A stretch of DNA of 26,378 nucleotides from Actinomycetota bacterium (GCA_046734555.1 JBKPRM010000150.1:1-26378); one strand, 5' to 3'; positions 7,005 to 16,134 are shown, numbered from the stretch's first letter. Numbers and translations: made by a program. The notes: generated by a model not told the origin, from the letters alone.

Positions 7005-7445
7005 TCAGGCCTTCTCGAACACCTCCACGGACAACGGGTCGTCACCGCAGTCGAACGTCGCCTGCGCCACCACCTTGCTGCCCGGGATGCTGATCGCGAG
7101 CTCCTTGCCCTCCGCCACCATCGGCAGCGAGAGTCGGCAGTAGCTCTCGACCAGGGCCTTCACGTTTCCCGCCGTCATGTTGGCAACCTCGCCGAGCGCG
7201 TCGCGGATCTCGTCGTCCGAGGCAGACTCGGTATCGAACATCACGCCCGCGACGCGCTGCGCGAGGGCCTCGGGGCAGCTGACCAACACCGTCCCCTCCC
7301 ACCCGCCCGAGATCTGGACGGATGCGGAGAGATGTCGCGTGCCGTTCACGTCGAGCGGTTCCCCGCGTGCCTCCACGGGGAAGCCGAGCATCGAGGTCCA
7401 GATGTCGGTCACGATCTGACCGAGCGCCTCCGTGCTGAAATCCAT
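7005..7445 (-). CDS. cheX: Chemotaxis phosphatase CheX
   Basis: ASVQISGGWEG and the CheC/CheX signature DALGEVANMTAGN, followed by LSLPMV; last gene of the che operon. Confidence 0.9.
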   Translation of the reverse strand: MDFSTEALGQIVTDIWTSMLGFPVEARGEPLDVNGTRHLSASVQISGGWEGTVLVSCPEALAQRVAGVMFDTESASDDEIRDALGEVANMTAGNVKALVESYCRLSLPMVAEGKELAISIPGSKVVAQATFDCGDDPLSVEVFEKA

Positions 7446-7454
7446 GGCCTTCTC

Positions 7455-8327
7455 CTATCTGCCTGCCCCGCCGACGGGGTCGTTGCGCTTCGGCCGGTAC
7501 CAGGCGGTCCGGCCGTCCAGCTCACGCTCGAAGGCGTCGCTGAGGTTGTAGGTGGTCTCCGACGCGCCGAGCAGCAGGTAGCCGTGCGGCGCGAGCTGCC
7601 GGTGCAGCCGGGCGAGCACGTCTCGTTTCGCGTCTGGGTCGAGATAGATCATCACGTTGCGCATCAACACGAGATCGAACGGCGGGAACGCCGCTGGCCA
7701 CGGGCGCACGAGGTTGTGCTGCTCGAACCGGACCATGCGACGGATCGGCTCCTCGATCTCCCACTCCATGCCCACGCGCGTGAAGTGCCGTACGAGGAGG
7801 TGCGCGGGCAGCCCCCGGTTGACCTCGAGCTGACCGTAGCGGCCGCGTCGCGCACGGTCGAGCACCGACGCCGAGATGTCGGTCCCGAGGATCGTCAGCC
7901 GCCACGTGAGCAGCTCGGGGAAGTCCTCGCGGATCGCCATCGCGATGCTGTACGGCTCTTGCCCCGAGGAACATCCCGCCGACCAGACAGCGAGGGAGCG
8001 CGTTCCGCGGCGATGCTCGATGAGCGCTGGGAGCACGTGCGCGCGCAGAGACTCGAACGGGTTGTGGTCGCGGAAGAAGGTCGTTTCGTTGGTCGTGAGC
8101 GCATCGACGACCCGGTCGTGCAGCGGGGACGCGGCGTCCTCGGAGCGCAGGACGTCGACGAGCGCGGCTACCGAAGACACGCCTTCGTCGCGTGCGACGG
8201 GATCGAGCCGCGACAGCGCAAGGTATTCCTTGCCCGGCTCGAGGACGATCGCGGCCCGCTCGTGCATCAGCCGGCAGAGGTACGCGAAGTCCTCCGCCGG
8301 CAGCGTTCGCGCCGCGTCGACGATCAC
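7455..8327 (-). CDS. cheR: Chemotaxis methyltransferase CheR
   Basis: TTNETTFFRD, WSAGCSSGQEPYSIA, LGTDIS, FDLVLMRNVMIY motifs; GTG start overlaps the cheB stop. Confidence 0.97.
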   Translation of the reverse strand: MIVDAARTLPAEDFAYLCRLMHERAAIVLEPGKEYLALSRLDPVARDEGVSSVAALVDVLRSEDAASPLHDRVVDALTTNETTFFRDHNPFESLRAHVLPALIEHRRGTRSLAVWSAGCSSGQEPYSIAMAIREDFPELLTWRLTILGTDISASVLDRARRGRYGQLEVNRGLPAHLLVRHFTRVGMEWEIEEPIRRMVRFEQHNLVRPWPAAFPPFDLVLMRNVMIYLDPDAKRDVLARLHRQLAPHGYLLLGASETTYNLSDAFERELDGRTAWYRPKRNDPVGGAGR

Positions 8328-9430
8328 GAGGCGGCTCCCGATCCCGCATAGGCAGGGTCACGGCCGATGGCGACGCGGCGGATGATCTCGCCGCGGAGCC
8401 CGGACAGCGGCACGATCGCTTCAGCGAGTCCCGCTCGCGCGACGAAACCGGGCATACCCCACACGACGCTCGTCGGCTCGTCCTGGACGAGGACCCGCGC
8501 ACCGGCCGCCGCGAGGTGCTCGGCGCCACGCAGGCCGTCGCTGCCCATCCCCGTCATCACGACGCCGAGCGCATGCGATCCGAACCGCGCCGCGACGGAC
8601 CGGAACAAGACGTCGACCGACGGCCTGCACGAATTCTCGTGCGGACCGTCGAACACGTGCAGGAGCTCGCGATCGCGTTCCGCGAGCGCGAGATGCAGAT
8701 CACCCGGGGCGATGTACACGGTGCCGGGACGCATCCGTTCGCCCTCCCCAGCCTCGACCACGTCCATGGCGCTCCTGTGCCCGAGGCGTTCCGCGAGGAT
8801 CTTGGTGAACATCGGGGGCATGTGTTGCACGATGGCCACCGGTACGGGGAGATCGGCCGGCAGCGAGGGGATCAGCTCGGCGAGCGCGGTCGGGCCGCCC
8901 GTCGAGATGCCGATCGCGATCACATCGATCCGCTCGGGCGGCCCCGTGGCCCTCGTGACGTCGCCGGACGCCCTCGCGGGGCGAGCCGGCAGCCGCTGGA
9001 CGGTTCGTTCGCGTGATTCCTTCGCCTGCGGCAACAGCGCGGCGATCCGCGGCAGCAGGTCGGCTCGGATCTGCTCCATCGAGGCCGCCGCGTCCGCGCC
9101 GGATGGCTTGAGCACGTAGTCCGACGCGCCGAGCGCCAGGGCGTCCAGCGTCACCTCGGCGCCTCGGCTCGTGAGCGTGGAGAACATGATCACCGGTAGG
9201 ACCGGCCACCGCTCGCGGATCTCCGCGAGGGCGGTCAGGCCGTCCATCACCGGCATCGCGACGTCGAGGATGACGATGTCGGGAGAGAGGCGCTCGATGT
9301 TGGCCAACGCGATCTTGCCGTCGGCGGCGACCCCGACGACCTCGACCTCGTCCTCAGCCTCGAGCGCCTTGGAGACGAGTCTGCGCACGACGACGGAGTC
9401 GTCGACGATCAGGACGCGCGGCCGGCGCAT
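8324..9430 (-). CDS. cheB: Chemotaxis methylesterase CheB (REC + methylesterase)
   Basis: REC domain (ILDVAMPVMDG) plus catalytic triad motifs GISTGGP (Ser), QHMP (His), TGMGSDG (Asp) and QDEPTSVVWGMP. Confidence 0.98.
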   Translation of the reverse strand: MRRPRVLIVDDSVVVRRLVSKALEAEDEVEVVGVAADGKIALANIERLSPDIVILDVAMPVMDGLTALAEIRERWPVLPVIMFSTLTSRGAEVTLDALALGASDYVLKPSGADAAASMEQIRADLLPRIAALLPQAKESRERTVQRLPARPARASGDVTRATGPPERIDVIAIGISTGGPTALAELIPSLPADLPVPVAIVQHMPPMFTKILAERLGHRSAMDVVEAGEGERMRPGTVYIAPGDLHLALAERDRELLHVFDGPHENSCRPSVDVLFRSVAARFGSHALGVVMTGMGSDGLRGAEHLAAAGARVLVQDEPTSVVWGMPGFVARAGLAEAIVPLSGLRGEIIRRVAIGRDPAYAGSGAAS

Positions 9431-9804
9431 CAGTCCTGCTCGGTGAGACCCACGAGACCGAGCTTCTCGGCCAGCGCTTCTTTCGTGATCGGCTTCGTCG
9501 CGTATTCGTCGACGCCGGCCATCAGCGCGTGGAAGATCTGCGCCGGATCGCCTTCGGACGTCACCATCACGACGCGCATCTCCTCGTACGCGGGGTCCGC
9601 TCGGACCGCGTGCACGAACGACATGCCGTCCATGCCGGGCATCGTCCAGTCGACCAGCACGACGTCGACCGCACCGTCGCGCTGGAGCCGCTCGAGCGCT
9701 TCGTTGCCGTCGCCGGCCTCGTCAACGTCGAAACCGAGCGAAACCAGCTCACGCTTCAGCAGCATCCGCATCGCGCGAGAGTCGTCCACCACCAGTGCTC
9801 GCAT
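9430..9804 (-). CDS. cheY: Single-domain response regulator CheY
   Basis: LVVDDS...LVDWTMPGMDG...VMVTSE...YATKP; SD GGAGGTGA; located inside the che operon. Confidence 0.93.
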   Translation of the reverse strand: MRALVVDDSRAMRMLLKRELVSLGFDVDEAGDGNEALERLQRDGAVDVVLVDWTMPGMDGMSFVHAVRADPAYEEMRVVMVTSEGDPAQIFHALMAGVDEYATKPITKEALAEKLGLVGLTEQD

Positions 9805-9824
9805 CCTTCATCACCTCCGTTGCA

Positions 9825-11513
9825 TCAGTTCGTGGCCGCGTCGGCCAGCTCGGGCTCGTAGCTCGGGGTCGGGCGCGGCGCGGCGACTGCCGCGTGCCCG
9901 TTCGTCTTGACGACGAACCGCATGACGCTTCGGTTGAGCTCGTCCGCCAGCTCCGCGAGGTCGCGGGCTGAGACCTGCGTCGAGGCGGCGCCCGACGACG
10001 TGTCGTGGGCGGCCTGCGCGACGCCCGTGATGCTCGCGGCGATCTCATTCGCTCCGGTCGCCGCCTCGGTCACGTGCCGGGTGATCTCGTTCGTCGTCGC
10101 CGTCTGCTCTTCGACCGCGGACGCGATCGTGTTCTGGATGTCGGAGATGCGTGCGATCACGTCGCTGATCTCATCGATCGCGGCGACGGCCGCGCGGGCA
10201 TCGCCTTGGATCGCGACGATCCGCAGCCCGATGTCATCCGTCGCGGCGGCCGTCGCCTTCGCGAGCTCCTTCACCTCGTTCGCGACGACGGCGAATCCCT
10301 TCCCGGCTTCGCCGGCTCGAGCCGCCTCGATCGTCGCGTTGAGCGCCAGCAGGTTCGTCTGCTCCGCGATCTCGGTGATGACCTTGATGACCTCGCCGAT
10401 CTCGGCGGAGGACGTGCCGAGCTTGGCGACGGTCTCTGTCGCTTCGTGTGCGGTTCCGACCGCCCGGCTCGCAACCCCGGCGGCATCGGTCGCGTTCGCG
10501 GCGATCTCGCGGATCGACGCGGACATCTCCTCCGTGCTCGCCGCCACGGTGTTCACGTTGGCGCTCACCTGCTCGGCAGCTGCCGACACCGCGTTGGCTT
10601 GCACGGCGGTCTCCTCGGCCGACGCACCCATCTGCGTGCTCGTGGCCGAGAGCTCCTCGGAGCTCGATGCGAGCGTCGTCGCCGACGCCCGCAGCGAACG
10701 CACGAGTCCCGACATGTCGTCGACGGCAGTGTTGAACGAGCTCGCGAGCCGTCCCACCTCGTCACCGCTCCGAACCTCGACGTGACCGGTGAGGTCCGCC
10801 GCGGCGAGCCTGCGGAGGCCGGCGACCGCCTGTTCGAGGGGGCTCACGATGCCGTCGACCACGAGGCGCGTGGCGAGGAACACACCGGCGATCGCGAGTA
10901 CCGACAGGAGGATCAAGATCGCCCGCGTGCGTGTGGCGCTCGAGCGTGCGGCCTCCAGCGAGTCGTTCGCGTCGGCGAGGATCTGCCCGTTGACCGTGTC
11001 GAGGCTGGCCGTGAAGTCCTGGAACGTCGCGTCGTAGCTCGCGAGCTGCTCGGTCGCGCTCACGGGATCGGTCGCGGCCAGGGCGATCATGCGGTTCGAC
11101 GTGGACAAGAAGGTGTCGCCGTTGGTCATCGTCTCTTGGAGCGCCGGCAGGCCGCCGGTGGCGGCGAGCTGCCGAAGACCCTCGAGGGAGTTACGCAAGA
11201 CCGCCGCCTGGTCCTTGGCGCGGGCCTCGGCGGCGCGCCGGCCGTCAGGATCGTTCGAGACCAGGGACGCGAGGACGGCGCCATGGATCGCCTCGCCCGA
11301 GGTGTCCGCCTGCAGCCCTTTGGCGACCGCGTTCGCCGTGAGCGCCTGATACTCGCTCGCGCTCTTGAGGGTGCGGATCGCGTACTGACCCGTCGCCATC
11401 ACCAGCAGCGTCGCGAGTAGTCCCGCGATGCCGAGGGCAGCGACCTTCCGACCGACCGTCCAATGGACGGTGCCGCCGGAGGGGCCGGCCTCGAGCGGTT
11501 CGGTATCCGTCAT
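9825..11513 (-). CDS. Methyl-accepting chemotaxis protein (562 aa; 2 TM, helical extracellular sensor, HAMP, signalling domain)
   Basis: Hairpin tip [37 protein letters not shown]; HAMP ([22 protein letters not shown]); two hydrophobic helices. True start is the ATG at 11513 overlapping the cheW stop (ATGA); the ORF-track extension to 12203 is shadow sequence. Confidence 0.97.
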   Translation of the reverse strand: MTDTEPLEAGPSGGTVHWTVGRKVAALGIAGLLATLLVMATGQYAIRTLKSASEYQALTANAVAKGLQADTSGEAIHGAVLASLVSNDPDGRRAAEARAKDQAAVLRNSLEGLRQLAATGGLPALQETMTNGDTFLSTSNRMIALAATDPVSATEQLASYDATFQDFTASLDTVNGQILADANDSLEAARSSATRTRAILILLSVLAIAGVFLATRLVVDGIVSPLEQAVAGLRRLAAADLTGHVEVRSGDEVGRLASSFNTAVDDMSGLVRSLRASATTLASSSEELSATSTQMGASAEETAVQANAVSAAAEQVSANVNTVAASTEEMSASIREIAANATDAAGVASRAVGTAHEATETVAKLGTSSAEIGEVIKVITEIAEQTNLLALNATIEAARAGEAGKGFAVVANEVKELAKATAAATDDIGLRIVAIQGDARAAVAAIDEISDVIARISDIQNTIASAVEEQTATTNEITRHVTEAATGANEIAASITGVAQAAHDTSSGAASTQVSARDLAELADELNRSVMRFVVKTNGHAAVAAPRPTPSYEPELADAATN

Positions 11514-11950
11514 ACGAGCTCCAGGTCGTTCGTCAGGTTCACGGTTTCGTCGAGATCCAGCTCCAGCAGCAAGGCATCGTCGAGCTTGTAGGTGCCCTTG
11601 ATCAGGCGCCGAGAAGTGGGCTCGACCGTCTCGGGCAGCGTCTCGAACGCGCCCGGGTCGACTGACAGCACGTCTCCGAGCCGGTCCACCACGAGCGCGA
11701 GCGGTCCGAGGTCGGTCGTGACGACGACGAGCGCGTTCGGAGTATGGGCCTCGCGCCCGGGCAGGCCGAGCCGCGCCCGCAGCTCGAGAGCGGTCACGAT
11801 CGACCCGCGGAGGTTCAGCAGACCCGCGACATGTGGGTGCGCGAGCGGCACGGGAGTCAGCGGTTGGGCGCGGAGTACCTCCTGCACGCGGTCGACCGTG
11901 ACCCCGAGGAACCGGTCCTGGGCGAAGAAGGTCGCGTACATCGTCGTCAT
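11510..11950 (-). CDS. cheW: Chemotaxis coupling protein CheW (146 aa)
   Basis: [41 protein letters not shown]...[10 protein letters not shown]; ATG at 11950 overlaps the cheA stop. Confidence 0.96.
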   Translation of the reverse strand: MTTMYATFFAQDRFLGVTVDRVQEVLRAQPLTPVPLAHPHVAGLLNLRGSIVTALELRARLGLPGREAHTPNALVVVTTDLGPLALVVDRLGDVLSVDPGAFETLPETVEPTSRRLIKGTYKLDDALLLELDLDETVNLTNDLELV

Positions 11951-14202
11951 GCCGACAGCTCCATCGTGAGGGCCGCGAGCGTGTCCTCGTCCCAATCGGA
12001 CAGGATCTGCGGCAGATCGAGGACCTCGGTGACACGGCCCTCGAGCACCATCGTGCCCGCGACGCCGGGTCGCGAGCCCGCCTGCAGGTCCACGAGGCGG
12101 TGGTGGACCACGTCGACGATCTGTCCGACGACGACGCCCACGCGCCGCCCGTCGTGCTCATAGACCAAGACCGGCAAGGCCTCCCCGGAAGATCCGAGCC
12201 CATCGACGCGCGAGGCGTGGCGACGTTCGAGCATGAGGCGCGAGATGTCGACGAGATGCAAGATCTCCTCGCCGTACTGCACGACAGGCAGCGGCCCGGA
12301 GGTCTCGAGCTCAGGTCGCGGGAACTCCTCGAGGCGGGTCACGAGCTCGAGCGGGATCGCCATCCGCCCCCCTTCGTGATCCGCGAACACGAGCATCGCG
12401 ACGCGGTCGTCGTCGCCGCCCTCATCCGCCGTGAGCTCCGGATCGAGCGCCCCGGAGGCGTCGTCCGGCAGGACGTGCGCCCGGTGCGCCAGCCCGACGA
12501 CGTCCAGGATGAGCGCGACACGGCCGTCGCCGAGGACGGTGGCTCCGGCGAAGGTATCCACGCCCTTCAGGTGCGCATCGAGCGGCTTGACCACGATCTC
12601 GGCGGCATCACCCACCTCGTCCACGACGAGACCGAACCGACGGCCGTCCGCTTGCAGCACGACGACGTGTACCTTCGGAAGATCCGGGGGCGTGCCGCCG
12701 AGCTCGTCCGCGAGGGATACGAGCGGCAGCAGCTCGCCACGCAGGCGATGGACGGGGGCACCGTGCACCGACTCGAAGCGGTCCGGCGCGCTGCGGACGA
12801 GTTCCAGCACGTTCACCTGCGGGATCGCGTAGCGCGCGCCGCCCGACATGACGAGCAACGCGGGCACGATGGCGAGGGTGAGCGGGATCTTCAGCGTGTA
12901 CGTCGTCCCGAAGCCCATCTGGGTGACGACGTCGACGGTTCCTCCGATCCGTTCGATGTTCGTGCGAACGACGTCCATCCCGACACCGCGGCCGGACAGG
13001 TTCGTCACCTGGTCGGCGGTCGAGAACCCGGGCTGGAAGATCAGCTCGATCGTGTCCCGCGGCGACAGTCGTTCAGCCTGGGCGGAGGTGACCAGACCGC
13101 GCTCGACGCCTTTCGCGCGGACCTTCTCGAGGTCGATGCCGCGGCCGTCGTCGCGCATCTCGATCGTCACCTGCCCGCCGTCCTGTGAAGCGCGGATCGT
13201 GATCAGCCCTTCGGCGGGCTTGCCCGCGGCCACGCGTTCGGCCGGCGTCTCGACCCCGTGGTCCACCGCATTGCGGATCAGATGCGTGAGCGGGTCTCTG
13301 ATGGCCTCGATGATCGACCGATCGAGCTCGGTCTCGTCGCCTTCGGTCACGACCCGCACCTGCTTGCCCAACGCGACCGCAAGATCGCGGACGACGCGCG
13401 GGAAGCGCGACCATGCGTTGTCGATCGGCTGGAGCCGTGTGCGCATGACACCGTCCTGCAGCTCGGAGGTGATGCCGCTGACCTGTTGGGCTGCCGTCGC
13501 GACCGCCGGGTCGCCCTCGAGGGAGCCGGTCAGCGACGTCAGGTGATTGCGAGCCAAGACGAGTTCGCCCACGAGGGTCATGAGGTCGTCCAGGACGTGC
13601 ACGTCGACGCGGATGTTCGTCTCGGTGACCGACAGCTTCCCCTCGTCGATCCGTTCGGCGCCGCGAGCGGGAGCCGCGGGCGGGTTGGAGGTCGGCGAGC
13701 CCGGAACGGGTCCGGCCCCCGGGTCGGCAGCGGCGTCGTGGCGGGGCTTCGCATCCCCGCCGCTTCGTGGCGCGGCGGGGGTGGCGGGAACCCGCGACGG
13801 CGCGTCGGTCCCACCCGACGCACGGAGTCGTTCGAGCGTCGCTACCAGATGGAGGAAGTCCTCCTCCCCGTCGTTCCCGTCCCGCTCGATGTGGCCCAGC
13901 AGCTGGCGCAGGGCGTCGCCGGTCGCGAGCAGTGCGCTGGCGATGGCCGGCGTAGCCTCGAGCGATCCATCGCGGAGCGCCCCGAGCAACGATTCGGCCG
14001 CATGGGCGACACGCTCCACCTTGTGGAACCCGAGGAAGCCGCACGTGCCCTTGATCGTGTGCATCACCCGGAAGATGCTCGCGAGCACCTCTTTCGAGCC
14101 GGGGTCACGTTCCAGCGCCAACAGATCGCCGTCGAGCCGGTCGAGAGCCTCGTAGCTCTCCACCAGGAACTCTTGGACGATCTCGTCCATGTCGCCGCTC
14201 AT
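11947..14202 (-). CDS. cheA: Chemotaxis histidine kinase CheA (Hpt, dimerisation, HATPase, two CheW-like domains; no P2)
   Basis: Hpt [16 protein letters not shown]; [40 protein letters not shown]; LTLAI followed by a CheW domain and a second CheW-like domain at the C terminus. Confidence 0.98.
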   Translation of the reverse strand: MSGDMDEIVQEFLVESYEALDRLDGDLLALERDPGSKEVLASIFRVMHTIKGTCGFLGFHKVERVAHAAESLLGALRDGSLEATPAIASALLATGDALRQLLGHIERDGNDGEEDFLHLVATLERLRASGGTDAPSRVPATPAAPRSGGDAKPRHDAAADPGAGPVPGSPTSNPPAAPARGAERIDEGKLSVTETNIRVDVHVLDDLMTLVGELVLARNHLTSLTGSLEGDPAVATAAQQVSGITSELQDGVMRTRLQPIDNAWSRFPRVVRDLAVALGKQVRVVTEGDETELDRSIIEAIRDPLTHLIRNAVDHGVETPAERVAAGKPAEGLITIRASQDGGQVTIEMRDDGRGIDLEKVRAKGVERGLVTSAQAERLSPRDTIELIFQPGFSTADQVTNLSGRGVGMDVVRTNIERIGGTVDVVTQMGFGTTYTLKIPLTLAIVPALLVMSGGARYAIPQVNVLELVRSAPDRFESVHGAPVHRLRGELLPLVSLADELGGTPPDLPKVHVVVLQADGRRFGLVVDEVGDAAEIVVKPLDAHLKGVDTFAGATVLGDGRVALILDVVGLAHRAHVLPDDASGALDPELTADEGGDDDRVAMLVFADHEGGRMAIPLELVTRLEEFPRPELETSGPLPVVQYGEEILHLVDISRLMLERRHASRVDGLGSSGEALPVLVYEHDGRRVGVVVGQIVDVVHHRLVDLQAGSRPGVAGTMVLEGRVTEVLDLPQILSDWDEDTLAALTMELSA

Positions 14203-14246
14203 GCGTGGCTCTCCCCGTGCGTCGCGAACGCCCCGTTCACGTAAGG

Positions 14247-14274
14247 CTTTCGACCGAGTGCCGGGGGGTCTTTA
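14247..14274 (-). promoter_or_regulatory. Candidate sigma28-family (FliA/WhiG-like) promoter of the che operon
   Basis: Minus strand reads TAAA-N16-GTCGAAAG, 44 nt upstream of the cheA ATG; resembles the TAAA-N15/16-GCCGATAA consensus with mismatches in the -10 box. Confidence 0.55.
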
Positions 14275-14350
14275 GGCGAGGGGTCGGCGCCGCTTCGGCC
14301 GATGCCGCGACCGGCGCGTCTGGGTGAGCCACGGGTCCGGACGACCTGGC

Positions 14351-14359
14351 TGCTATCCT
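14351..14359 (+). promoter_or_regulatory. Extended -10 promoter (TGcTATCCT) for rplJ-rplL
   Basis: TGn-TANNNT about 10 nt before the L10 leader. Confidence 0.65.
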
Positions 14360-14368
14360 CGCTCGGTC

Positions 14369-14477
14369 GCCGAAGACAGCAGGGGCGCTGTACGCGCGTA
14401 ATCCCCAACGGGGCACCTGCCGAGGCAGCTCGGTCGCGTCTGTGCGCGTCTCCGCTGTCTGCGGGGGCGCGCTTGTT
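14369..14477 (+). ncRNA. L10 leader (cis-regulatory RNA) with downstream attenuator-like hairpin
   Basis: GCCGAAGACAGCAGG...GCGC/GCGC-G-TAA-T-CCCC/GGGG...CCTGCCGAGGC matches the L10-leader layout (GAAGACAGYAGG...UAA...CCURCYGAGG); 12-bp hairpin at 14444-14472 (two G-U pairs) followed by TTGTT. Confidence 0.85.
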
Positions 14478-14494
14478 CCATCTCAGGGGGCGTG

Positions 14495-15208
14495 ATGCCG
14501 AACGACACGAAGATCGAACGGGTTTCCGAGCTCAAGGAGCGGATCGAGGGCGCGACCGCCCTGCTGCTCACCGAGTACCGGGGTCTCACGGTGAGCGAGA
14601 TCACCGAGCTGCGGCGCAGCCTGCGCGACGTCGACGCGAGCCTCGCCGTGATCAAGAACACCTTGATGCAACGAGCGGCGAACGATGCGGGGATCCCCGA
14701 GCTCGACGAGCTGCTCGCCGGCCCGAGTGCGGTCGCATTCGTGAGCGGGGACGTGGTCGCGGTCGCGAAGCGGCTGAAGGACGCGTCGAAGCGATTCCCC
14801 GCTCTGGTGATCAAGGGCGGCTACCTGGACGGCGAGGCGCTCGACGCCGCTGGCGCGCAGGCGCTGGCCGACCTCGAGAGCCGCGACGTGATGCTCTCGA
14901 AGATCGCCGGCCTCTTGCAGGCGGAGATCTCACGCGCGGCCGCCGCGTTCGTAGCGGCCCAGTCAAAGTTCCTCTCGCTGCTCGAGGCGTACAAGGCGAA
15001 GCTCCCGGCCGAGGAAGCAGCCGGCGAGGCGCCGACACCGGAGGAACAGGCCACCGCGTCGTCAGCCGACGCTGCGGCGCCGTCCGACGCCGAGCCCCCC
15101 GTGACGCCGGACGAGGTTGCTGCGGAGGCGACCGCAGAGGAAGCAGCGAGTGCAACCGCGCAAGACGCAGCTGCAGATGCCCAACAGTCCCAGACCGAGG
15201 AGGCGTGA
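14495..15208 (+). CDS. rplJ: 50S ribosomal protein L10 with 67-aa acidic C-terminal tail
   Basis: LLTEYRGLTVSEITELRRSL...VIKNTLMQRA...LAGPSAVAF...IKGGYLDG; ATG at 14495 (in-frame GTG at 14492 is an alternative start). Confidence 0.98.
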   Translation: MPNDTKIERVSELKERIEGATALLLTEYRGLTVSEITELRRSLRDVDASLAVIKNTLMQRAANDAGIPELDELLAGPSAVAFVSGDVVAVAKRLKDASKRFPALVIKGGYLDGEALDAAGAQALADLESRDVMLSKIAGLLQAEISRAAAAFVAAQSKFLSLLEAYKAKLPAEEAAGEAPTPEEQATASSADAAAPSDAEPPVTPDEVAAEATAEEAASATAQDAAADAQQSQTEEA

Positions 15209-15211
15209 GCG

Positions 15212-15604
15212 ATGGCGAAGATCAGCACCGATGACTTGTTGGAGCGCTTCAAGGAGATGACGCTCCTGGAGTTGTCCGACTTCATCAAGCAGTTCGAGGA
15301 GACGTTCGACGTGAAGGCCGCTGCAGGCGCGCCGATGATGGTCGCCGCAGGGCCCGCCGGTGGTGACGGCGGCGGAGCCGCCGTCGAGGAGCAGTCCGAG
15401 TTCGATGTGATCCTCACGGCCGCGGGTGGCCAGAAGATCCAGGTCATCAAGGAGGTCCGGGCGCTCACGAGCCTCGGGCTGAAGGAGGCCAAGGACCTCG
15501 TGGACGGTGCGCCGAAGCCGGTGCTCGAGAAGGTCGCGAAGGATGTCGCGGACAAGGCGAAGGAGCAGTTGGAGGGCGCGGGCGCGTCGGTCGAGGTCAA
15601 ATAG
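15212..15604 (+). CDS. rplL: 50S ribosomal protein L7/L12
   Basis: [25 protein letters not shown]...[10 protein letters not shown]...[28 protein letters not shown]...GASVEVK. Confidence 0.99.
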   Translation: MAKISTDDLLERFKEMTLLELSDFIKQFEETFDVKAAAGAPMMVAAGPAGGDGGGAAVEEQSEFDVILTAAGGQKIQVIKEVRALTSLGLKEAKDLVDGAPKPVLEKVAKDVADKAKEQLEGAGASVEVK

Positions 15605-15611
15605 CGACCGT

Positions 15612-15654
15612 AGGTTCTCTGGGCTACACGGCCGGCCCTCTGGGAACCTTGTTG
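15612..15654 (+). terminator. Imperfect terminator-like hairpin after rplL
   Basis: AGGTTC...GGGC...GCCC...GAACCT followed by TGTTG; imperfect stem. Confidence 0.45.
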
Positions 15655-15703
15655 TGCTACGGTGCGTCCGCGGGTCCGGGGGACGATCAGGAAGGGGATG
15701 TGA

Positions 15704-16042
15704 GTGAGCGACGAACGCCACTTCGGGAAGCGGTTGCGCGAGGCACGGCTCAGCGCGGGGCTTTCCCAGTCCGATCTCGAGGACATCTCGGGCATCCCCA
15801 AGGCGCGGCTGTCGCGGTACGAGAACGGCCACGTCGAGCCCTCGATCCAAACGTTGAACCGCTTGGCGCGAGCCCTGAACGTGTCCGAGGCGTCGCTGCT
15901 CGGCGATGAGCGGGCGGCGCTGGAGGAGTTCGAGGCGGTCCTGCGTGAGCGGGGGATCACCTTCCGTTCGAAGGAGCAAGCGCGCGAGCTCGCCGAGTCC
16001 TTCGCGAGCTCGATCCGCGGCGGCTCCCTCGCGAGCGTTTAG
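15704..16042 (+). CDS. XRE-family (HTH_3) transcriptional regulator
   Basis: FGKRLREARLSAGLSQSDLEDISGIPKARLSRYENGHVEPSIQTLNRLARALNVS; SD GAAGGGGA; extended -10 TGcTACGGT at 15655-15663. Confidence 0.93.
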   Translation: MSDERHFGKRLREARLSAGLSQSDLEDISGIPKARLSRYENGHVEPSIQTLNRLARALNVSEASLLGDERAALEEFEAVLRERGITFRSKEQARELAESFASSIRGGSLASV

Positions 16043-16105
16043 CAGCAACGCTTCCGCCCCAGTCCATCCGGGGCCGACCGAGTCCTCATCGGCCGTTCAG
16101 GCGGC

Positions 16106-16134
16106 TTGACGAGCCCGGTCCGGCGGCGTACGGT
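16106..16134 (+). promoter_or_regulatory. rpoBC distal promoter
   Basis: TTGACG-N17-TACGGT. Confidence 0.65.

Noticed and set aside
11514-12203. 792-aa ORF suggesting an MCP with a long N-terminal extension
   Set aside because: The extension overlaps cheW and cheA out of frame; an ATGA-coupled start exists at 11513.
14203-14340. Possible c-di-GMP riboswitch upstream of cheA (a GAAA and GC hairpins are present)
   Set aside because: The conserved GGCAAAC/GCAAAG elements and tetraloop-receptor layout are absent; the GAAA falls in the candidate sigma28 -10 box.
6900-14350. che operon as a mobile genomic island
   Set aside because: No integrase, transposase, flanking direct repeats or adjacent tRNA, and no obvious compositional shift by eye (not computed).
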